From the IMG/VR virus record IMGVR_UViG_3300037067_022550: a stretch of 64,000 nucleotides of DNA. One strand, 5' to 3'. The notes under the pieces are model-generated. The model was not told the origin of the DNA and ran no database searches. It saw only the letters and a program-made list of their open reading frames with translations. Positions 55,599-63,940 of the stretch are shown piece after piece. Position numbers and translations under genes: made by a program. This stretch comes from a virus. Numbering within the stretch: the stretch's first letter is position 1; each line of letters begins with the position of its first letter.

Positions 55599-55826
55599 TT
55601 AAGAAGAATGGATTATATAAACACCGTATTCATTATGAGAATGCGTATAACTTCCATCTTCAATATAAGAATCCATATCTTCATCAGTTGCACCATTATC
55701 TTTAGCCATTTTGGCAAATAGCTTTTCTGCTTCTTTGTTGCCCTTTTTATTATCCTCAAATGATATAATCTGATTTGGATTTGCTTCAACAACTTCTAAA
55801 ACATTAACAGTATTTAGTTTTTTCAC
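55599..55826 (-). CDS. hypothetical protein
   Basis: 75-aa ORF. Confidence 0.4.
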   Translation of the reverse strand: MKKLNTVNVLEVVEANPNQIISFEDNKKGNKEAEKLFAKMAKDNGATDEDMDSYIEDGSYTHSHNEYGVYIIHSS

Positions 55827-55853
55827 TTTTATCCTTTCGTTTTGTGTTTAATA

Positions 55854-55891
55854 AACAAGACTAATATAGTAAATTTTATAGAAAAGTCAAC
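55854..55891 (-). promoter_or_regulatory. early-promoter family copy (variant)
   Basis: aagtcaac at 55884-55891. Confidence 0.4.
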
Positions 55892-55893
55892 CA

Positions 55894-56118
55894 TTAAAAT
55901 AATATTAATTGAGTTCCTATTGGGATAAGTACCCATTGAGATTTACACAAGGCTTCTTTTGATAAAAAGAATTCTTCACCATTATGATAAGAGTGGCATC
56001 TGCGAAAACGAAATCCCTTTTCCTGTACTTCTACAACCTTGATAGACGAGGTAGTAGAACCACCATCAGGCATTAAATAAGATCCAACTTTTATTAAAGA
56101 TATTTGTTCAGTATTCAT
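55894..56118 (-). CDS. hypothetical protein
   Basis: 74-aa ORF. Confidence 0.4.
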   Translation of the reverse strand: MNTEQISLIKVGSYLMPDGGSTTSSIKVVEVQEKGFRFRRCHSYHNGEEFFLSKEALCKSQWVLIPIGTQLILF

Positions 56119-56149
56119 CTAAAATTTTGTTTATTTTATGAAAAGTAAA

Positions 56150-56506
56150 TTATTTATAAATCCTTGAAACATGTTGACAAATAATTTTAGGGAGAGCCCT
56201 GCCCTTCAAATTGTTGCATATGACCTTGTAACGATATTCAATGTCACCAGCATCTTGCAACATAATGCCAACCCCTAAAAAATTAAGATAGTGGTTTTCA
56301 TTAGCATATTTTTTTGCTTGCCAAACAACAAACTTAGCAGCTAGATAGGATGGGTCAGTGAATCTATTATCTTCTACATTTTTTTGAACTTCCGTGAGAA
56401 ATTCTTTCAAATCTTTCCCCAAAACATCGCCATCATAGTGCCTATAAACAATAGCTGCCGTCTTGTCTTTGTCATAGCAAAAGTGAACACATGATCTTGT
56501 ACTCAT
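56150..56506 (-). CDS. hypothetical protein
   Basis: 118-aa ORF. Confidence 0.5.
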   Translation of the reverse strand: MSTRSCVHFCYDKDKTAAIVYRHYDGDVLGKDLKEFLTEVQKNVEDNRFTDPSYLAAKFVVWQAKKYANENHYLNFLGVGIMLQDAGDIEYRYKVICNNLKGRALPKIICQHVSRIYK

Positions 56507-56533
56507 TTGTTGTTTCCTTTTATTTTTTTTATG

Positions 56534-56776
56534 CTAAACTTTTTCAGGGAATGTTATACGCGAGTTTATCATTTCATTAGCACAAAGTTCAATTGCTTTT
56601 GCTATGAGATTTGCTTGTTCTGGAGGGAAAGACATACTTTCAGTAATTTTTCCATTTTTATCGCAATATTTTATCTCTACGCAACCCATATCGTCTTTAT
56701 CGGCACCGATTTCAAAATGGGAGTTGTCTTCATAGTCACAATATATTTCTCTTTTTGTTACCATTTTAAATTTCAT
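56534..56776 (-). CDS. hypothetical protein
   Basis: 80-aa ORF. Confidence 0.45.
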   Translation of the reverse strand: MKFKMVTKREIYCDYEDNSHFEIGADKDDMGCVEIKYCDKNGKITESMSFPPEQANLIAKAIELCANEMINSRITFPEKV

Positions 56777-56777
56777 A

Positions 56778-57281
56778 TTAATTTCCTTGCAATTCGCTTA
56801 TTCCAACTACATTTTTACAAACTGGGCATTCATAGTGCTCACCTTTTTTGTTCATAACCACTATTTCTTTTTTAAGTTTGCAAGTGGGACAATAAATTTC
56901 TTCAAGCATACTTTGGACGGTCATTACATTTCTGGTAATATCCAAATAATCACTATAATTTCCATTATAATATTTTTGTTTATAAAAACGGTTAATAACA
57001 TTCATTAAGGCCAATACTGAAAAAGGTTCTTTTGATGCCACGAACCAATCAGTGGAATTAGCCCAGCGGTCAAAGTTTCTGGTAACTGCAATATCTGCTG
57101 TATAACGAAGAGCATCTCCTTGTCTTTCAAAAACTCTGATGGTAAATGTTTTGTTTTTAGCGATAAGCATAGAAACACTGCCATCGCTCCTTTCTTTAAT
57201 AGTAAATTTCAATTCAGAAAGATTTTGCTGAATGGTATCAATCCATTTTGTGGTTTTCATAATATTTCCTTTAATTAGCAA
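56778..57281 (-). CDS. hypothetical protein with C-terminal zinc ribbon
   Basis: CPTCKLKKE...CPVCKN. 167 aa. Confidence 0.5.
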   Translation of the reverse strand: MLIKGNIMKTTKWIDTIQQNLSELKFTIKERSDGSVSMLIAKNKTFTIRVFERQGDALRYTADIAVTRNFDRWANSTDWFVASKEPFSVLALMNVINRFYKQKYYNGNYSDYLDITRNVMTVQSMLEEIYCPTCKLKKEIVVMNKKGEHYECPVCKNVVGISELQGN

Positions 57282-57311
57282 CTATCGCAGATTTTTATTT
57301 TAAAATCAAGC

Positions 57312-57665
57312 TCATTTTGTCAAATTTATTAGGGCATTTTTTATGTTTGGAAGGCATGTAGAACAATTAGTCCCACCAGTATAATCCCTATTATCTTTTG
57401 CAGTTCTTACAAGGAGATTGTTAAACCATTCGTCCTGAAAATATCTAATGTCACTGGAAGAAAACCATGCCCATTTTTGAGTTTGTTTATTTTGAGCAAA
57501 TCCACTAAAATAAAAATGCCCCCTATTAACATAAAAATAAAAGTCATTGTCCAGTTCTTTTTTTAGAAAACCCTTGACAGCTCTATGGAAGGATTGAAAC
57601 TCAGCTGTCAATCCTGCAGAACTTACAAACTTTTTACCTACCCATTTATCTAATGTATTCTCCAT
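57312..57665 (-). CDS. hypothetical protein
   Basis: 117-aa ORF. Confidence 0.5.
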   Translation of the reverse strand: MENTLDKWVGKKFVSSAGLTAEFQSFHRAVKGFLKKELDNDFYFYVNRGHFYFSGFAQNKQTQKWAWFSSSDIRYFQDEWFNNLLVRTAKDNRDYTGGTNCSTCLPNIKNALINLTK

Positions 57666-57689
57666 TTTGTCTCCAAAACTACTATTGTT

Positions 57690-58103
57690 TTATGCCATAG
57701 CCTTGTTCATTTTTTCAAATAAACCAGGAACATGTTCTTTTTTTCCAAGACCACCATTTTTAATGGCTTCATCAATATCTTTTATTTCAAGGTTGAGATT
57801 TTCAGCCCTTTTTTCACTATCTACCCAGTTATCAAGATATTCCTTTGAAGATAGCAAAGCATGAGCAAAAGCCTTTCCTTTCAAAAGGTATTCTTTTTTA
57901 ACTACAAGTCCCTGTCGTAAAATCCAAATAATGACACCAAGTTGTGCCGCCAAAACTTCTAAATCTTTATGCTCATTTTTTTGTGAAAAAGATTTTTTAA
58001 GGGAATTATCTGCTTCCTTTTGCGTCATGTGATGAATGTTCTTAGCCCACAAATTATCCCAACAAGAGTCACTACTGCATGATTCTTTTCCCCAAGCTCC
58101 CAT
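57690..58103 (-). CDS. hypothetical protein
   Basis: 137-aa ORF. Confidence 0.5.
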   Translation of the reverse strand: MGAWGKESCSSDSCWDNLWAKNIHHMTQKEADNSLKKSFSQKNEHKDLEVLAAQLGVIIWILRQGLVVKKEYLLKGKAFAHALLSSKEYLDNWVDSEKRAENLNLEIKDIDEAIKNGGLGKKEHVPGLFEKMNKAMA

Positions 58104-58121
58104 AATACACCTCCTATTTTT

Positions 58122-58454
58122 TTATGTTTCCACGTTTTTTAAAGGAATAGCAACTAGATATTTGGTATTATCATTTGGATACGCAGGTTCGGAATTTCCT
58201 TCAAAATAGATAAGTAAGAATTTTTTAGGAACTTGAGGTACTTGCATAATCCAACTCCAAAAGGGGGACTTGCAAGAATCAGTTTTACGTGCAATAGTTT
58301 TTTCAACTTTTAAAATAGCTATATTGCCGCCGATAGGAGTATGGGCATAACCTATTCCATAGCTGAAACTAACTGTTAAAACTCTGTCTCCAACTTTCAA
58401 ATCTTTAGCCAGCACTTCTTTTATGCAATAAGAATCAGATAGTTGATTATCCAT
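58122..58454 (-). CDS. hypothetical protein
   Basis: 110-aa ORF. Confidence 0.5.
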   Translation of the reverse strand: MDNQLSDSYCIKEVLAKDLKVGDRVLTVSFSYGIGYAHTPIGGNIAILKVEKTIARKTDSCKSPFWSWIMQVPQVPKKFLLIYFEGNSEPAYPNDNTKYLVAIPLKNVET

Positions 58455-58466
58455 CTTTATCTCCTT

Positions 58467-58504
58467 TTTCAGTAAAAAATAACATAAATCAAATTAAAGT
58501 CAAG
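58467..58504 (-). promoter_or_regulatory. early-promoter family copy
   Basis: aagtcaag at 58497-58504. Confidence 0.5.
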
Positions 58505-58968
58505 CAATTTTTTAATGAACAGCAGCAATATTTAGCAAACAATTGTATGACATATTTTAATGCCATATTTTTTTGTAGGGCATTAATAAGCAGATATTTT
58601 CTAAATTGGAATTCAGACATTGTTTTCTTTTCTGAATTACACTTATCACAAGCTACCCTGAAGTTTTTGGGATCATTTCTTTTTTTGGTTATGCTTTTTG
58701 GAATGGCATGATCAATTGTAGCTTGAAGATGTTTTTTCTTGGTTTTTATTTTTAATCCAGTCTTACCGCAATAATCACAAATAAGAGTCCCACTTTTTGT
58801 AAGATGACTTTTAAGATATTTCTTCCTGGCTTTTATCCAAGCAGTTAAACATTCATCTGTTTGAAGATACAATTGTTTATTCAGCATCAACAAACTGGCA
58901 TAGGAGTGCGGATCGGGATCTTCCACAAAGAAAAGATTAGCAGTTCTTTCTCTGATATTTGTTTTCAT
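58489..58968 (-). CDS. HNH endonuclease
   Basis: CDYCGKTG...IDHAIP...N...CDKCNSEKK (HNH with zinc-binding Cys pairs). Confidence 0.7.
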   Translation of the reverse strand: MKTNIRERTANLFFVEDPDPHSYASLLMLNKQLYLQTDECLTAWIKARKKYLKSHLTKSGTLICDYCGKTGLKIKTKKKHLQATIDHAIPKSITKKRNDPKNFRVACDKCNSEKKTMSEFQFRKYLLINALQKNMALKYVIQLFAKYCCCSLKNCLTLI

Positions 58969-58996
58969 ACTTTGTGGGCAAGGGAACCCGATATCT

Positions 58997-59299
58997 TTAA
59001 CGGTTGGGTAATTTATCTAATTCGTCTAAATATTTTGTATATTGTTTATATTCTTTCCAGAAGCGTTCTAACTCTTCTTCCAAAAAATCAAGATTGATTT
59101 TGCCTTGGCGAGCTGCACCACAAGAATATGAAACCTTTAAAATATTATTTTCTTTTCCATCTGCAATATAATATTTATAATGTCCAATGTTAGCTTCTGA
59201 AATATATTCTTGGGTAGCCTTAATTTTAAAAGTAGGATTTCCAAGCTTTTTGTTTTTAAATTGCTTGTAATGATGAATAGTTATTAAGTCATATTTCAT
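58997..59299 (-). CDS. hypothetical protein
   Basis: 100-aa ORF. Confidence 0.5.
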   Translation of the reverse strand: MKYDLITIHHYKQFKNKKLGNPTFKIKATQEYISEANIGHYKYYIADGKENNILKVSYSCGAARQGKINLDFLEEELERFWKEYKQYTKYLDELDKLPNR

Positions 59300-59311
59300 A
59301 GATACTCCTTT

Positions 59312-59587
59312 TTAAACAAAACAAGCCAGGATCTCTCCATCTTCAATCATCCAATTAAGATTTCTCAAATTATGGGCATCTTCTTCTGTAATGCCAGCTT
59401 CAATCAATTCATCAACTCCAACAGAATATATAACATCATGATCAGCACCCTGAATGCCTTTTGTGGGGCAATACTTTCTAATAATTTGTAAACCTAAAAA
59501 AGCGTTATCATCCATTGACATATCTTTAACACTTCCATTGCCACCCATAATTTCTTCAAATACTTTTCTTTCCATTGTTTCCTCCAC
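59312..59587 (-). CDS. hypothetical protein
   Basis: 91-aa ORF. Confidence 0.45.
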   Translation of the reverse strand: MEETMERKVFEEIMGGNGSVKDMSMDDNAFLGLQIIRKYCPTKGIQGADHDVIYSVGVDELIEAGITEEDAHNLRNLNWMIEDGEILACFV

Positions 59588-59596
59588 TAATTGATT

Positions 59597-59634
59597 TGTA
59601 ATATTAATGTATCAGATTTTTTTAAAAGGTCAAG
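59597..59634 (-). promoter_or_regulatory. early-promoter family copy (variant aggtcaag)
   Basis: aggtcaag at 59627-59634. Confidence 0.4.
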
Positions 59635-59643
59635 AAAACTTTT

Positions 59644-59937
59644 TTACCCCCATTGCAATACCTTGCCGCATTCTGAACAACACCAACCGTGGTCACCATC
59701 AGGAGTTTTCCAATAAACCATCTTGTCAACCATTTCGTTTTTCTCATGATTTAGTGAGCAACCTACAACAATTTGTACGGGTTTTGAAAGAGGAATAACT
59801 TCATCAATATATTTTTTGCCAAGAAGAGATGCAAACTGTTGTAATTGTTTTCCTGTTACTTTAATACCTATCATCATATCTTCAGGAATATCTCCGATCT
59901 TGGTTCTGCATGTAATGGGAACTTCAATTGTTTTCAT
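59644..59937 (-). CDS. hypothetical protein with C-terminal CxxC
   Basis: 97 aa. WCCSECGK. Confidence 0.45.
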   Translation of the reverse strand: MKTIEVPITCRTKIGDIPEDMMIGIKVTGKQLQQFASLLGKKYIDEVIPLSKPVQIVVGCSLNHEKNEMVDKMVYWKTPDGDHGWCCSECGKVLQWG

Positions 59938-60001
59938 GGTTGTTTTAATTTTATTTTTGCTAACATGGTATTTATTTCCAACATCATGTTTTTGTCTCTT
60001 T

Positions 60002-60039
60002 CTGATAGCAAATCTAACATATTAAATTTAAATGTCAAT
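60002..60039 (-). promoter_or_regulatory. early-promoter family copy
   Basis: atgtcaat at 60032-60039 with upstream ctttctgatagcaaatctaacatattaaat block. Confidence 0.5.
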
Positions 60040-60041
60040 TA

Positions 60042-60539
60042 CTATTCTATATAATAAAGACAGGGAATCATTTTAATCTTCATTGCTACATAATCATAAA
60101 ACCTACGCCAACCGTCTTGAATGATTGTAATGTCATTAGGATGATTTTTTTCATCCCACGCATTAAAGTCCAAGATAACTGGCCAAATTTCTTCACGATG
60201 TTGCCTGATTATTCTATTGTCATAAATATTTCTAAGACTACCGAATAAATCTAAGAATTCACTAGTAGGTATATTAACATAACCAAATTTTTCGTCTCCA
60301 TAACGCCGGGTATAAAAACCAATATAATCTTTAATAGCCAAAGAAACTAATTCTAAACAGTTGTTCTTATTATAATTTTTATAAGAAACAGTCTCGACTT
60401 TATCAGATATATTCCAAGCTTCCCCATCAACAGACATATAATAAGCCATTGCATATTTTGCTTCTCTGGGTAACTGACGAAACTTTAATACCTTGCCATT
60501 ATGTTTCTTAATTAAAGCAATCAATTGTTTGTTTTTCAT
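60042..60539 (-). CDS. hypothetical protein
   Basis: 165-aa ORF. Confidence 0.5.
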   Translation of the reverse strand: MKNKQLIALIKKHNGKVLKFRQLPREAKYAMAYYMSVDGEAWNISDKVETVSYKNYNKNNCLELVSLAIKDYIGFYTRRYGDEKFGYVNIPTSEFLDLFGSLRNIYDNRIIRQHREEIWPVILDFNAWDEKNHPNDITIIQDGWRRFYDYVAMKIKMIPCLYYIE

Positions 60540-60555
60540 GGTTGTTTTTTCCTTT

Positions 60556-60593
60556 CATAAGAATAATCTAACATATTAAATAACAAAGTCAAG
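60556..60593 (-). promoter_or_regulatory. early-promoter family copy
   Basis: aagtcaag at 60586-60593 with upstream cctttcataagaataatctaacatattaaat block. Confidence 0.55.
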
Positions 60594-60831
60594 TACTATT
60601 TTTATTACTTAAGTTTTATAAAGCTTAAGTTCTGGACCAACTTAAGTTTTGTTATTTATCCCAATATTTGCACTCGTCTTTAATTTTATTAATATTTTGA
60701 TTGGCAATAAAGACGAGTGCTTTCTTTTTATTTTGCTTAAGTTTTCTAATTTTTTGACTACTTGGTTTAAAACAAAAAAAACCGATAAGGAAAAAATCCC
60801 TACCAGTTTTTAAAAACAGTACCGTGCTTGT

Positions 60832-60869
60832 TACGAATATTTATAAAATATTTTTGCTAAAATGTCAAG
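60832..60869 (-). promoter_or_regulatory. early-promoter family copy
   Basis: atgtcaag at 60862-60869. Confidence 0.5.
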
Positions 60870-60876
60870 AATAAAA

Positions 60877-61209
60877 TTATCTTACTTTTGTAACCCAATT
60901 AGATCCAACCAAGAAAACATATTCTTTATAGCTAATTATAGTAGCTTCTTTAACTATTACAATATTATAATCACCATGATGTTCTTCTTTTATCTCAAAA
61001 ACATTAGAATTCATTTGAAGACAATCTTTGTTTTCCGAAATATTTCCTGTAGGATTTTCAGCAATTAAATTATTATTTTTATTGTAATTTATAGGATGAT
61101 TAGATGAAGAAAGTTTATTTGAAAAAAATAATTCTATTAATAATGCTCCCACAAGGCCAATAATTCCAAGGGCAATCATACATTCAATTATTGTAAATCC
61201 CTTTTTCAT
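60877..61209 (-). CDS. prepilin-type N-terminal methylation-motif protein
   Basis: MKKGFTIIECMIALGIIGLVGALLI. Confidence 0.6.
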   Translation of the reverse strand: MKKGFTIIECMIALGIIGLVGALLIELFFSNKLSSSNHPINYNKNNNLIAENPTGNISENKDCLQMNSNVFEIKEEHHGDYNIVIVKEATIISYKEYVFLVGSNWVTKVR

Positions 61210-61221
61210 AATTTTTCACTT

Positions 61222-61542
61222 TTATTGTATTTTAACTGCCCATCTATATCCGTCTACTATTATATTGGTTTTCCCAGATTGTAAATTTATTACTGTTATA
61301 ATCTGATAGGTTCTAAAACTATTTTCATATTCCTCAAATTCTATTTTAAAATTTTTATTTTCTATTTTAAAATTATTATCAACGGGTTCTTGATTTTCAA
61401 TAGGATTTTCAACCATCGCATTTTTTTGTTGTTCATTATATCTTTTGTGAGCTTTATTAAAAGAAGGTATAATTATGGCAGCTAACAAAATAATTATTAT
61501 TAGAACAATTACAATTTCAACTACTGTAAATCCTTTATTCAT
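61222..61542 (-). CDS. prepilin-type N-terminal methylation-motif protein
   Basis: MNKGFTVVEIVIVLIIIILLAAIIIP. Confidence 0.6.
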   Translation of the reverse strand: MNKGFTVVEIVIVLIIIILLAAIIIPSFNKAHKRYNEQQKNAMVENPIENQEPVDNNFKIENKNFKIEFEEYENSFRTYQIITVINLQSGKTNIIVDGYRWAVKIQ

Positions 61543-61549
61543 ATTTCTC

Positions 61550-61846
61550 CTATTTGATAAAGCTTTTTAAATGACATTCGTTTGTACAATCACCCTTGTG
61601 ACAAAGGGTGTATATAAGATAACCATAAGCAGTTCTACTATTACTTTCAATATATTCACACCCATTTATAACTACAATTTGATAAGGAGATGTTGGTTTA
61701 TTAGTTTTAATAGGAATTGGATTTTCTAAGCAAGTATTATCATTTTTAAGAGCTTTAATAAGTATTGGCCTTAATATTGCTGCTAAAGTAATAATCACAA
61801 AAACAACAACTAAAATCTCTACCAATGTAAAACCATTTTTTTTCAT
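61550..61846 (-). CDS. prepilin-type N-terminal methylation-motif protein
   Basis: MKKNGFTLVEILVVVFVIITLAAIL. Confidence 0.6.
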   Translation of the reverse strand: MKKNGFTLVEILVVVFVIITLAAILRPILIKALKNDNTCLENPIPIKTNKPTSPYQIVVINGCEYIESNSRTAYGYLIYTLCHKGDCTNECHLKSFIK

Positions 61847-62004
61847 AATTTACTCCTATTTATATTGACAAACAATTATTAACTTTATTTACGAGAATAA
61901 TAGCAAAATCATTGGTTGTTTTTCTATTATTAGGGAAACTAAAATAAATTAATGAAATTGCAGCAACAATTATGCCAATGACTGCTAGTGCAATTGTACA
62001 CTTA

Positions 62005-62241
62005 TCACTTTTTTTCATTACGTTTCTCTTTTTTAATTCTGTCATGTTCTCTGCAATGATCTCCGCAACAATAACCCCCATTATGTTTTGTTTTAATGTC
62101 ACAACCTGGCAACAAACATTTTCTCAATGGTTTTTGAACTACATAAGGTGTCATTGCTTTTATCAAGTTAGGGTCAGAAAAAAGACTTCCCAAACCCATG
62201 ATAGAAGCTGCCAACAGTAAGTCGTTATAATTTTTTTTCAT
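62005..62241 (-). CDS. Cys/His-rich small protein
   Basis: 78 aa. LPGCDIKTKHNGGYCCGDHCREH. The overlapping call 61860..62102 probably starts at its internal Met (about 61860..62018, small TM peptide). Confidence 0.4.
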   Translation of the reverse strand: MKKNYNDLLLAASIMGLGSLFSDPNLIKAMTPYVVQKPLRKCLLPGCDIKTKHNGGYCCGDHCREHDRIKKEKRNEKK

Positions 62242-62249
62242 AAATAAAA

Positions 62250-62327
62250 TGGTGGGAGATGAGGGATTTGAACCCCCGACCTTGGATTTATAAGACCCCT
62301 GCTCGTCACCAGCTGAGCTAATCTCCC
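62250..62327 (-). tRNA. tRNA with anticodon UAU (Ile-like, reads AUA), CCA encoded
   Basis: Acceptor GGGAGAU/AUCUCCC. D arm GCUC...GAGC. Anticodon loop CUUAUAA. Variable loop AGGUC. T arm GGGGG-UUCAAAU-CCCUC. A-CCA. One G.A mismatch at 27:43. Confidence 0.6.
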
Positions 62328-62396
62328 GTTTGGAAGGTCTGATTCAATGGGAACCCATAGGGGCATACTTAGCCCATTGCCAAGATCATAATTTTA

Positions 62397-62618
62397 TCAT
62401 TTATACATTACAACATAATTGCCAAATTCTTCTTCAAATACTTTTAAAACGTTATCATAATTACCACTAGTCATTCTTTTTTGAATGGTATTAAAATCTT
62501 TTCCGGTTTGTTTGGAAAGAGTACGAGCTACACCAATTAAATAAAAAGCATTACCTTGCAGCCCAGTAAGATCTATTTCTAAACGTTTTTCTTTCTTTTC
62601 AGATTTTGGCACGATCAT
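62397..62618 (-). CDS. hypothetical protein
   Basis: 73-aa ORF. Confidence 0.45.
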   Translation of the reverse strand: MIVPKSEKKEKRLEIDLTGLQGNAFYLIGVARTLSKQTGKDFNTIQKRMTSGNYDNVLKVFEEEFGNYVVMYK

Positions 62619-62866
62619 TTGATGTTATCCTTTTTGATCCCACTTCTTTCCAAGGCAAATAAAAGTTTTTCTTCTACATCTTCATTGGCTGGGTGGTTAA
62701 TGTCAATATTAAATTTTACACAAATCTTATCTTCAAGTTTGTCAAATCTTTTTTGATTTATAACCTTAATCTTTTTCTTTTTCAATTTCAAGATTTCTTT
62801 TGCAATTAAACAATCAAGTGCTAAAAAATCTATGGGGATAAAAGAGTATTGTTCCATTTCATTCAT
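62615..62866 (-). CDS. hypothetical protein
   Basis: 83-aa ORF. ATGA overlap with the downstream gene. Confidence 0.45.
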   Translation of the reverse strand: MNEMEQYSFIPIDFLALDCLIAKEILKLKKKKIKVINQKRFDKLEDKICVKFNIDINHPANEDVEEKLLFALERSGIKKDNIK

Positions 62867-62879
62867 ATGCCCCCATTAA

Positions 62880-63167
62880 TTAGGGTATTAGAGTAACTGA
62901 AGCCCCATCATACCATTCAGCAAGACAACCCTTGATATATTCACAAAACTCATTAGGCTCTCCTCCCCATTGATCACTTTCACATGAGATTGAAACTTTA
63001 TCAGAATAAGAGCGTAATCCTGCTCCAATTTCTCCTGGAAAATATATATCAAAAGATAGTTGATGTTTTTTTAATTGATCTATTTTAAATTTAAGACCAG
63101 CATTCTCAATCTGCAAACTTTCCATTGCTTTTCTCAAATCTTTTTTGGTTGCCCCATTAGCACTCAT
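62880..63167 (-). CDS. hypothetical protein
   Basis: 95-aa ORF. Confidence 0.45.
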   Translation of the reverse strand: MSANGATKKDLRKAMESLQIENAGLKFKIDQLKKHQLSFDIYFPGEIGAGLRSYSDKVSISCESDQWGGEPNEFCEYIKGCLAEWYDGASVTLIP

Positions 63168-63169
63168 GA

Positions 63170-63439
63170 TTACTCCAGAATATTAAATTCTTCTATAAAA
63201 TCTGCGTTAGATCTATAAACAGACTCACGATTGGTTAAGATTTTCCAAACATAATCTTCTGGAAGATCATCCAAATATTTCTGTCGAAAAATTTCTCTTG
63301 CTTCTGGACTATCCTTGAGAATTTTAATTACTTTAAATTTGGTCAATTCACTACTTGATAGAGGAGGAAAATCAACTCCATACCATTTTGGGCGACAAAA
63401 AACTTCATTCATACTATTATTCCTTTTCTTTAAATTCAA
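63170..63439 (-). CDS. hypothetical protein
   Basis: 89-aa ORF. Confidence 0.45.
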   Translation of the reverse strand: MNLKKRNNSMNEVFCRPKWYGVDFPPLSSSELTKFKVIKILKDSPEAREIFRQKYLDDLPEDYVWKILTNRESVYRSNADFIEEFNILE

Positions 63440-63466
63440 TGTAGCATAATTTAAAAATAAGTCAAT
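63429..63466 (-). promoter_or_regulatory. early-promoter family copy (variant)
   Basis: aagtcaat at 63459-63466. Confidence 0.45.
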
Positions 63467-63473
63467 AACAAAA

Positions 63474-63773
63474 TTAATCCTTATGCTTTTTTCTTTTGGG
63501 AATCCATGCCGGTGGTTCTTTTTTAAATGTCAAACCAAGTTCAATATTCCTCAGTGCATTTACGATATTTAATTGAATATGGCTCTCTATTAAAATTTTA
63601 GGGTTGTTCGAGCCAGTCAATTCTCCAAATGTTGCTGAATTAAATTTACAACCCTTATATGCTGCAAAATAATCGGTGAGTATTCTTGCAACTTTTTCGG
63701 CTTGGGGAGTATGGTATTCTTTGCAGATTTCCTTGACAATAAATTCCAAATGTGCTTTACAAAATTTTTTCAT
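63474..63773 (-). CDS. hypothetical protein
   Basis: 99-aa ORF. Confidence 0.45.
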   Translation of the reverse strand: MKKFCKAHLEFIVKEICKEYHTPQAEKVARILTDYFAAYKGCKFNSATFGELTGSNNPKILIESHIQLNIVNALRNIELGLTFKKEPPAWIPKRKKHKD

Positions 63774-63940
63774 TTAACATCTTTTAAGGGGCATTCACTA
63801 GGAATAGCAATATAATCATCATCATAACCGAGGTTCATGCCAAGTCTTGAACATTCATAATAACCCTGGCCAGTAACAGAATGACAAGCTGGACATTTTT
63901 GACAATTACCATCAATTATTTCTTCATATAATTTTTTCAT
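63774..63940 (-). CDS. small zinc-ribbon protein (55 aa, not in ORF track)
   Basis: MKKLYEEIIDGNCQKCPACHSVTGQGYYECSRLG... The stop of the upstream partial ORF overlaps its ATG (ATGA). Confidence 0.35.

Noticed and set aside
61862-61872. Plus-strand TATTGACAAAC as a promoter
   Set aside because: It lies inside a minus-strand coding region with no downstream plus-strand gene.
25073-63466. Recurrent aagtcaag..tattatttt motif as a possible CRISPR array or MITE family
   Set aside because: Spacing is irregular (about 100 bp to 3 kb). Every copy sits immediately upstream of a minus-strand ORF. It has a -35/16-17 nt/-10 architecture. It is a promoter family, not CRISPR repeats.
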